From: Candidatus Latescibacterota bacterium
GTDB lineage: Bacteria > Latescibacterota > UBA2968 > GCA-2709665
Reading direction: 5' to 3'
NCBI GenBank assembly: GCA_965203805.1
Contig: OZ241917.1
Location: 3,392,001 to 3,456,000, forward strand
Length of the DNA: 64,000 nt
The position numbers and the translations under genes are program-made. A model generated the notes under the pieces. That model was given only the letters and a program-made list of their open reading frames with translations, ran no database searches and had not been told where the DNA came from. How positions within the stretch are numbered: the stretch's first letter is position 1; every line of letters starts with the position of its first letter. Positions 41,353 to 49,175 of this stretch are shown one piece after another.

Positions 41353-41449
41353 GGGCGGCAGGACAACGGCAGCTCCCAAAGGAGAACGTAAGGGGGCGCC
41401 GCCATTGGTTGCCCTTGGCGCCGGGTATGTCGTGCGCGTTTGACCGCCC
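41353..41449 (-). ncRNA. Candidate structured RNA motif, homologue of 29113-29208
   Basis: GGGCGG/CCGCCC, AGGGCAAC/GTTGTCCT, GGCGGC/GCTGCC, CAAT bulge, followed by a T-rich tail. Confidence 0.5.
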
Positions 41450-41839
41450 TGGCCGCAGGACGATTTCGTCGACGGCGGCGCGTTGGGCCCCCCTCCTCGG
41501 CATCCGGGAGAGCCATCCGCCCGATGGAAGGCGGCACGGAATCATCTTCGGACTTCGCTCAGGCCTTCCGTCGAGGCGTAGCGCCGGGAATCCGGCCGCC
41601 GGTTCTTACCATCCTGGTGTGGCTGCTTCTCTATCTTACATCGCCCCGGTCGTCTTTCGCCGAGAGCAAAGTTTCATTTTCGACAAATTGAAGGGGCTGT
41701 TGCGAGTGAAACCGCGCGCACGGTCCTTTCTCAATCAAATTTAGCATTCTATGCGCGACACTTCTGTGGTATTTCGATCTCTATCAGTGATGCATGAGTG
41801 AAATATCGCCAATTATTCGACAGGTGGCGGGTACGGGGA

Positions 41840-41868
41840 TTGACAATTCGTGTGAATCGGTTTAATGT
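41840..41868 (+). promoter_or_regulatory. sigma70-like promoter of Cys-rich microprotein 1
   Basis: TTGACA-17 nt-TAATGT. Confidence 0.5.
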
Positions 41869-41908
41869 ACGAATAACCCAGGGATTCTTTTCCACAAGGA
41901 GGCATCAA

Positions 41909-42124
41909 ATGGCTACTCCGTTTAAGTGGTACTGTTGCCGCTACATGCTTCGGGTTGTTTGTGTTGATCTCAGTTTCGCCGATACGCTCGCCAATGTATT
42001 TCACCGGTGCAGTGACAGATGCTACAAGCCGGACCGTCCAGGTCGATTGTGTGAGAAGGACAGTTGCGTAAATCCGAGAAAGCTGCAAGGAATACCGAAG
42101 ACGATTCATAAACATTACGCGTGA
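41909..42124 (+). CDS. 71-aa Cys/His-rich microprotein, paralogue 1
   Basis: AAGGAGG RBS; about 43/70 ungapped identity to 43466-43678 with many synonymous third-position changes. Confidence 0.8.
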   Translation: MATPFKWYCCRYMLRVVCVDLSFADTLANVFHRCSDRCYKPDRPGRLCEKDSCVNPRKLQGIPKTIHKHYA

Positions 42125-42156
42125 GCGCCGTCGCGGCCACGAGATCCAGGCAAAAT

Positions 42157-42190
42157 TCAACCCCAGGGTTCAACAACCCGGGGGTTGTTC
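42157..42190 (+). terminator. Hairpin downstream of microprotein 1
   Basis: AACCCCAGGGTT-caac-AACCCGGGGGTT followed by a T-rich tract. Confidence 0.55.
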
Positions 42191-42336
42191 TTGTGATCCG
42201 TTTTGCGGATGCGCCCGTACGCCTGAAGCATTCCAACGTCCGGGTGGGCCGCGGCTGAACGAACTGAGCCCATCGGCGCAGGAGGTCCGATCAGGGTCTA
42301 CCTGTCATTCCCGATCTCAAAACTGCATTATTGATT

Positions 42337-42359
42337 ATTGTCGCGATAGCTGTGACAAT
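42337..42359. promoter_or_regulatory. Inverted repeat upstream of the WYL gene, candidate operator
   Basis: ATTGTCGC-N7-GTGACAAT. Confidence 0.5.
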
Positions 42360-42392
42360 CCTGTTGTACATTTCCACGGATGAAGATTTCAG

Positions 42393-43073
42393 ATGAGTCG
42401 CACGATGAGCCGCGCCGCGCGGCTGAAGGGCATTGAATCCTATCTCTATCGATCCTCGAGCGGAAGGACAGCGACCGAGATCGCCGCGCGATTCGGCGTC
42501 CATCGAAGTTCGGTGTATCGTGACATTCGGTCGCTGGAGGAAGGGGGATCGCCGATATGGGAGGAAAACGGCCGGTTCGGCGTGGTAAAGGACTGGTATC
42601 TGACCACGGTCCAGGTGAATCTGCACGAGGCGCTGTCGCTCTATCTTGCGGCGCGCCTCCTCTCCGCGCACAGCGACGAACACAATCCGCACGTGGTGTC
42701 CGCCCTTGAGAAGCTCGCAACCGCAATGCCGGAATCCATCGGCGAACACATCAATCGCACCGCCGCGGCTGCCGACCAGCGCAAGCCCGATCCCGACCGT
42801 ATCCGCATTCTGGAGACGCTGACCCGCGCCTGGTCGGAACGCCGGCAGGTGCGTATGGTCTATCACAATCCGGAAACCGGCGCGACCACCAAACGCACGC
42901 TGGACCCCTATTTCATCGAGCCCTCACCCGTTGGCTACGCCTGCTACGTCATTGGGTACGACCATTTGCGGCGGGACATTCGCGAATTCAAGGTGGAGCG
43001 CATCGAGCAAGCTGAATTGCTGCAGACGGCTTACGAACCGCGCGGCGGGGAGCGCGTATGGCGGGAACGGTAG
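42393..43073 (+). CDS. HTH-WYL domain transcriptional regulator, lacking the C-terminal WCX domain
   Basis: TATEIAARFGVHRSSVYRDIRSL HTH; RQVRMVY...RTLDPY...YVIGYD...IREFKVERI WYL; only 226 aa. Confidence 0.85.
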   Translation: MSRTMSRAARLKGIESYLYRSSSGRTATEIAARFGVHRSSVYRDIRSLEEGGSPIWEENGRFGVVKDWYLTTVQVNLHEALSLYLAARLLSAHSDEHNPHVVSALEKLATAMPESIGEHINRTAAAADQRKPDPDRIRILETLTRAWSERRQVRMVYHNPETGATTKRTLDPYFIEPSPVGYACYVIGYDHLRRDIREFKVERIEQAELLQTAYEPRGGERVWRER

Positions 43074-43410
43074 AGGAAAAACCGAACGGGCGCCCGAATC
43101 GTCTCCTTTGAAAAGCGCATCCCGCATCCCTCCCGCGCAATGGTTGTCGCATGTCAGTCCATCCGCCAAGGAGAGAGACCTCGACAAGATACAATACGTA
43201 ATAATGAGTCACCCAGGGCCTATCGTTCACGAGTTCATGACACTCCTCCGGCGATGGCGTCCTGGTCGGCCCCGGAGGACTACGGCTGGTCCGAAGGGGC
43301 CATTTTCACGTTTTTACACGATGCTCCACACCCCGCCCCGCCGGAAAATTTCCCACCATCACTTTAGTGGTTAGTCTGTCCTACGCTGCCCGTCATTCCG
43401 GATCGGTCAA

Positions 43411-43449
43411 GGAAAAGGCCCAGGGGTGTTTTGCCCCTGGGCCTTTTCC
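43411..43449. terminator. Intrinsic terminator downstream of microprotein 2
   Basis: GGAAAAGGCCCAGGGG-tgttttg-CCCCTGGGCCTTTTCC perfect hairpin. Confidence 0.7.
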
Positions 43450-43465
43450 TTCCAGTGTTCCTGGC

Positions 43466-43678
43466 TCAATAATACCGATGCGTTGTCTTTGGCAACCCAT
43501 GTTCCTTGTAGGTATTCGTACACACGCCCTTTTCACAAAGCAACCCCGGCCGATCCGGTTTGTATCTCCCGTCACGGCATTTGTGGAACACGTTTGCGGG
43601 TTTGTCGCCATAGCTGCAATCAACGCAGACAATGCGCAGGAGATAACGGCAACACCACCACTTGAACAGACGGTTCAT
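43466..43678 (-). CDS. 70-aa Cys/His-rich microprotein, paralogue 2
   Basis: AAGGGGG RBS; paralogue of 41909-42124. Confidence 0.8.
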   Translation of the reverse strand: MNRLFKWWCCRYLLRIVCVDCSYGDKPANVFHKCRDGRYKPDRPGLLCEKGVCTNTYKEHGLPKTTHRYY

Positions 43679-43703
43679 TTTACACCCCCTTGTGTGTTCG
43701 GGG

Positions 43704-43732
43704 ATGTTAAGACAATTAGCGGAAATTGTCAA
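43704..43732 (-). promoter_or_regulatory. sigma70-like promoter of microprotein 2 overlapped by a palindrome
   Basis: TTGACA-17 nt-TAACAT on the minus strand; GACAAT-N8-ATTGTC at 43711-43730. Confidence 0.6.
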
Positions 43733-43826
43733 CCCTATAATTCAGATATATTGAAATTTCTGAATTTCTACTTGACAGATCTTCTCATTATTCAAATGAT
43801 AATGAGAAGAAAAGACCGGGCCAACG

Positions 43827-44288
43827 CTACTCGGTGAATTCGTACACGAGGTCCTCGCCGGACACGCCCGTGATCCGCAGCACAACCTCTCCCGGACCGG
43901 GACCGTAGAACGTCTGGTAGCGGGTCCTGACCAGGCCGAGATCAAAACTGATGGATTCCGTCGGATATGCCTCGCAGGGATCACCGTTCCCGTGATGGGC
44001 GAGGACGGCCGAAAGCTGCACCGGATCCGACTCTCTGAAGGACTTCGAGATCACCAGGGTGAAGACGTGTTTTCGGCACCCGCCGGAGTACGAGACCGAG
44101 AGGTTCAGTTGGTCTCCTTCAACGGCTGCCGAGTTTACGACGTAGGGGTCGTCACCGTAGTCCCGACCGTCGTCGACCACCACGCTGTTTTCAGAGACGA
44201 CCGGCTCAGTCGGAGATTCGCGGCAGCCCGATGCGGCGAGCATTCCGAGCAGGAGTGCGGGCAGGATGGCGCGGTTGAGATCGATCAT
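43827..44288 (-). CDS. Lipoprotein, NigD-C-terminal-like
   Basis: Lipobox ASGC; SVSYSGGCRKHVFTL...DPCEA motif; GAGGAG RBS. Confidence 0.65.
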   Translation of the reverse strand: MIDLNRAILPALLLGMLAASGCRESPTEPVVSENSVVVDDGRDYGDDPYVVNSAAVEGDQLNLSVSYSGGCRKHVFTLVISKSFRESDPVQLSAVLAHHGNGDPCEAYPTESISFDLGLVRTRYQTFYGPGPGEVVLRITGVSGEDLVYEFTE

Positions 44289-44330
44289 GTCGGTCTCCTC
44301 TGTGGTTTGATACGTATCCTGGAAAGTTAA

Positions 44331-44521
44331 CCTTGATTCGTCATTTTTCGGGGACGTTAATTCGAATTTGTGCAAGTGAATAAAGGCGATTTAACTGCTG
44401 ATTTCAATGAACCTTCAGGTCACTGGACGTGAACGGAAGAAATGTGCTTCCGGACGACCTTTTCGGCCCAATTCGAAAGGTTTTGTCGCGACGCCGCGTT
44501 GCTGAATCTGTCGCATTAAGG
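44331..44521 (-). mobile_element. 191-bp MITE-like element, copy C (diverged, inverted)
   Basis: TTAA|CCTTGATTCGTCA...TGTCGCATTAAGG|TTAA; colinear with the reverse complement of copy A. Confidence 0.7.
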
Positions 44522-44646
44522 TTAAATTACGTGCATTACAAATAGTAATTAACGGCATATTTGCAAGTAAGACAAGCGCAGATGCTGTTGTCTGCTTATA
44601 AGTATGCCGTAAACCATTAATTATAAACCACGGCGGATCATCAAGG

Positions 44647-47166
44647 ATGCAGGCGCCCAAAAAAGGTGGCAGATCCGGCTTACTCCGATGGCCGCGCGAC
44701 GTCATTGCCGTCATATCGGCGCTTGCCGCGTTGCTGATCTACTTTCAGTACACGACGCTCTTCAAGTTCGCCGTACTCGGCCCAAGCCATCGGTACGAAA
44801 GCCCGGGCGCATTTCTGCAGGCCGTAAGAATGCAAGTCCCGCTGGATATCGCAGATGCGATTGTGGCGGGCCTGATCCTTGCCGCATTCGTCAGCATCAT
44901 CGTACTGGAACTCCGGAAGAAGCGACTTTCTACGTTTCTTGACAAGGTATTTGAAACCGAGAAACGGACACGCTTCGCGTTGTTTCTGATCTGCCTGTTT
45001 TGCGCCCGGTTCTATTTTGCCCGCGGAGGATTGGCATGGGCCGCTGATGCGAACTTCCATATCGGCTATGCCTGGATTGCCTTTCAGGCCTTCTCACAGG
45101 GCGAAATTCCCATCTGGACGAATTACTTCGGCACAGGAAGTACCTATTGCCAGTTCTATGGGTTTCTCTTCTTCTATCTGACCGGCGCGGTCAATCTGCT
45201 TTTTTCCGATCTGGAGTTCTCGCTGAAGTTCGTGATGGGCGTGAGCCATGTGCTTTCGGGGATCGGGATGTACCTGTTCGTAAGGACACTCTTCAACAGA
45301 CAGGCAGGCTTTATAGCGGCGCTGGCGTACGTGATGTGTGTCTGGCACACGCAGCAGGTCCTCATCATGGGGCGTTACCCGCTCTCGTTGTTTTATGCCG
45401 TGCTTCCCTTTCCGTTCTACTTCTTCGAGAGTCTGAGGATACGTTCGCATAAGTTGGCGTACGCCATGGGAGGCGGGCTGACCCTGGGCATGCTGGCCTT
45501 CACGCATCCGGGCTACGCTTTTTGGGCGACGGCGCTGTTAGCGCTTTACGTGTGCATTCGGCTTTGGATGGGCAGAGGCCGTCACGCGAACCGCCACGTT
45601 TGGCGGCACAGCTTCCTGCTGTTGATGGGAGGCCTGGCCTTCGGAGCGTATCTCACACTTCCGATGTGGTTGGAACGGGAAAACGTCGGACTGGACTCAG
45701 GGGTCAACCTGTCGGGCCTGCCGGATCCAACATGGAGTCAGCTTCTCGTCTGGTCCAACTATCGCTTCAGGCTGTTCTTCATTGAGACCAGACACTGGTA
45801 CGGCGGCTATCTGGGGCTGTCGCTCATCGCGCTGTCCCTGGCGGGTTTGGGTGGTTCGCTGCTGTTGAGAAGGCGTCACGGGAGCCCGCATCCGCACGGG
45901 TCCGCGGAACAGGCAGATTTCAAGATGACGTTGGCTGCAGACCTGCCATCGAAAACGTGGCCGGCAGTTGCATGCCTGGCGGTCTCCTTTTTCCTGGTTT
46001 TCGGGTATCGGTGGCCGTTGGGTTCCCTGAGCGTCGTTCAGGCATTCAACGCCGGACGATACCTGCTCTTTGTTGTCTTCTTCCTGTCCGTGACCGCCGG
46101 CGCGGGTACCGTCGCCCTCGTCCACCTTTGTCGCGGTCGGGGAACGGGCTTCCGAATTTTCACGGTTCTGCTGTTGGTCGTGGTCGCAGATCTGGCGCCG
46201 GCAACCTTTCAACAGCCCTATCTCCCCTACAGTGAGCTGAAACGACCTCAAATCGTTGGTGCCAAAGCAACCCATCTGCTGCGAAGCGAGGCTGCTCAGT
46301 TCCCGAACGGCGAAATTCCCAACTACCGGATCTTCTTTGCTACGGACACTGAATATCGTCCATTTTCCATCTCGTATCTGTCGATCAAGACGGGCCTGGT
46401 GACACTTCTGGGCCTATATAACGAAGCGCCACTCGCCACGAAATTCTTCTGTCATCCTCTGGAGAGATCTTTGAATTCCGCAATCAGGGAGGCGGAGAAA
46501 CTCGAATCTCCAGCAGCTTATGAATTCGGTCCTCTTGGAGATGGGCTTTACCTGTCGAACACAAAGCGCATCATGGCTCACGACGCCACTAAGAAAACAC
46601 TGTTGAACTGGACGATATCGGCTTCTTCCCCCGTGGTCGTCTCCTCGAGGATCGTGAACCGGGATCTCTCGGACTCGAACCATGCAGAGGATCAGGCTCA
46701 GATGGAATTATCGCTTCTCATAGAGGCGATGGGCGTTAACCAGCTGGACAACACATGTGACCGGATTCTATTGACAGGGTATACGGGCAGCTAAGACCTG
46801 GGGACATCGCCTTCCGTGCAGGTAGCTGAGCACCGAACGTGGAATCAACGCGTGGAGATGGTCATCCGCACCTCCAGCCCCTGCTTTGCCCGCCTGGCCT
46901 ATGCCTATTATCCCTATCTCAACGTTACCGTCAGCGGCGAGAAGGTCATGCCATACCAGACGGCCGGGGGGTTTATCGCTCTGCGTTTGAGCGAGGGAGA
47001 GCACCGCATTGTTCTGAATCCGGTCCTGTCTCCACTGAGACGTGGATTGCTCGTGCTGAGCCTGGCGTTCGTTGCCGCCTGCCTTACATGCTTCGGATGG
47101 AGGGCTCGCCACAGTGGGGTCATCCGACGACTCCTCCATAACAACGGCACGGCCCGGCGGAAGTGA
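44647..47166 (+). pseudogene. Polytopic membrane protein (PTPS-related/YfhO-like GT-C type) interrupted by an in-frame TAA at 46792-46794
   Basis: DANFH, GEIPIWTNYFGTG...FYG motifs; ORF 46816-47166 continues in the same frame with a YfhO-like C-terminus (AYYP...V.V.G...GEHRIVL plus TM). Confidence 0.7.
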
Positions 47167-47189
47167 GGGTGCCTGCCGGACAGCAAGAA

Positions 47190-47750
47190 GCTTTCAGCGG
47201 TCAGCATTCGGCAGTCAGCCGTCAGCAATCAGCTTGAGTCAAAAGCGAGAATCAAAAACAAGAGTCAAATTCAACTCACACAGAGACACGAAGGCACGAA
47301 GAAAACCAAAGCGGCCAAGAGCGAACCGCCCCCAGCCCCGCAAACCTCTCCCCCCGGCCCCCTCTCCCGGGGGGAGAGGGGGAGACAACCTGCTTCAACG
47401 GGGCGACGATAAGGCCTGGCGACATGGCCTCCCTGATGCGCAGACCTATCCCCCCTGCCTGCCGAAAAACCACCGCCAGGCAGGGACCCTTTCCTATAAG
47501 GAAAGGGTAACGAACGCCACGTGATAGGATCCGGGGGTGACCCTTCCGTCGGGAAGGGCGTAGGTCTCGAAAAGGGTAGACGTGAGACGGGAGATGATGT
47601 CAGTGCCCTATGGTTTTTCCAGTCGTTACCATTTCGGCAAAAAAACAGGCACGGTTAGCGTGAAAACACTGTGGTAACGTTATCATCTACCCTCTCACCG
47701 CTTTCAGGTTTTCATTCTTCCTTTTTCCCGTCTACCTTCTTACCGCCTTT
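47190..47750. repeat. Mosaic intergenic repeat block; related blocks at ~53930-54190, 54845-55870, 56870-57770, 60110-60985
   Basis: Shared modules: TCAGC heptad runs, CCCCTCTCCC...GGGAGAGGGG palindromes, GCGCAGACCT...GATAGGATCC, AGGCACGGTT...CATCTACC. Confidence 0.8.
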
Positions 47751-47867
47751 AGAATCGTCGCCGTAAGTGTCCCGTGCCTGAAATATGTCGCCCTTCATCC
47801 GCGGATTCATCCCGTCTCGCTACGATGGGCCGAATCCACAGATAGCCTCTTCATTATACGGATTTTC

Positions 47868-47896
47868 TTGACAGCATCTCTAGATTTAGTTACAAT
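47868..47896 (+). promoter_or_regulatory. Near-consensus sigma70 promoter
   Basis: TTGACA-17 nt-TACAAT. Confidence 0.7.
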
Positions 47897-47901
47897 CTGG
47901 T

Positions 47902-47964
47902 ATCCTCCCTCCAGAAGAATCACTCTGGAGCCCCCGGATTCCCAAGTGGGTCCGGGTTTTTTTT
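47902..47964 (+). ncRNA. Candidate ~63-nt sRNA with 5' anti-SD sequence
   Basis: Strong promoter, then ATCCTCC, hairpin CTCCAGA/TCTGGAG, terminator CCCGGAT...GTCCGGG-T8. Confidence 0.55.
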
Positions 47965-48212
47965 GTTATCCATCCGCGATAAGCCTCCCGGTGTCTCCAA
48001 TTCTCACTGCGCATAGCCACATGACGTGCCAGATCGGCGGCCGCATTATGCCTTTATGGCATCATAGGAATAATGATATGTCATTTTGGCATATATCGCC
48101 CGGTAAGTTATCCCTATTGCATCGTTCAAGTGGTTTGATTCTGCCGGTGGATTTTCCCTAACTATTTATAATATATTTGGTTATGTTCATTACACATTGC
48201 GTGGGGCGTAAT

Positions 48213-48227
48213 TGGCACGGGGCTTGC
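48213..48227 (+). promoter_or_regulatory. sigma54 -24/-12 promoter of hsp20
   Basis: TGGCAC-N5-TTGC exact consensus ~100 nt before the ATG; AT-rich tract and two palindromes upstream. Confidence 0.7.
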
Positions 48228-48328
48228 GAATAGTTGTTGGCACAGGCTCGAGGGCGAGCAGGCAGCTCTCGAGACCCGAAAAAACAACCGTTCGTCGGGA
48301 AAACCGTTCATCCAAAGGAGGATTTACC

Positions 48329-48763
48329 ATGACACTCACCAGGTGGCAACCCAGGCGGCGCTTTGGCTTCGTGCCCGAGATCGACCGGTTCTTCGACAGC
48401 TTCTGGAGAGGCCCGCAGCACGACTTTCGCGCGCTGTCCACGTGGAGCCCGGCAACCGACGTGCAGGAGACCGATACGGACCTGCTGGTCCACGTTGAGC
48501 TTCCCGGCTTGTCCAGGAAGGACATCAAGGTCAACATGGAAAACGGCGTGTTGTCGATTCAGGGCGAAAAGCAGAACGCGTCGGAGGAGAAGGAGCATCG
48601 GCATCACGTCTCCGAGCGGACCTACGGCCGCTTCGCCCGGTCGTTCACGCTCCCGTCCGAGGTGGACGCGGAGAAGATCAAGGCCGGATTCGAGGACGGC
48701 GTGCTCACGTTGACGCTGCCGAAAACGAAGGCGTCGGTTGCGCGGGCAATCGAAATCGCGTGA
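48329..48763 (+). CDS. Hsp20/alpha-crystallin small heat-shock protein
   Basis: WSPATDVQET, ELPG, GVLSIQGEK, ERTYGRFARSFTLP, GVLTLTLPK, IEI; AAGGAGG RBS. Confidence 0.95.
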   Translation: MTLTRWQPRRRFGFVPEIDRFFDSFWRGPQHDFRALSTWSPATDVQETDTDLLVHVELPGLSRKDIKVNMENGVLSIQGEKQNASEEKEHRHHVSERTYGRFARSFTLPSEVDAEKIKAGFEDGVLTLTLPKTKASVARAIEIA

Positions 48764-48784
48764 TCAGGCGTCACGTTGACAGAG

Positions 48785-48824
48785 AAAAAGAGACCGACGG
48801 AAACACTGTCGGTCTCTTTTTTTA
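48785..48824 (+). terminator. Intrinsic terminator after hsp20
   Basis: AAAAAGAGACCGAC-loop-GTCGGTCTCTTTTTTT. Confidence 0.8.
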
Positions 48825-49175
48825 TGCGCCTCGAGAGATCAGCCATCAGCTATCAGCCGTAAGCTGTCAGCTAAAGGCGAAAACCAAAATCAAGATCCAA
48901 CCCTCCTCCCTGCCCCAATGGGAGAGGGGGAGGAAAACCGGCCTCACACGGAGGCATGAGCTGTCAGAAAAAAACAAAAAACGAATCCCGTGACGTCAGC
49001 GGTATACGGACGTGCGGTTTTCCTGCATCCGGCTCTCGGACAAGGATTCATGCAGTCGGCCATGGGACGTTCTGTGGCGCCATCTCCAACTGGACCACGC
49101 GCACCCTATCGTAGATCGTCATGCAACTGCGAAACTGTCTATGAGTTGAAAACGAAGTCCAAAGTAACCCCCATT

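Noticed and set aside
43367-43837. Antisense ORFs 43367-43837 and 41813-42160 that resemble each other
   Set aside because: They are shadows of the Cys-rich genes; identity is lower and substitutions are synonymous only in the Cys-rich frame
16945-44540. Tn7/CAST-like TGT...ACA ends around the island
   Set aside because: Flanking 5-mers differ (CAAGG vs AATAG), there is no regular TnsB-site array, and no tns genes are present
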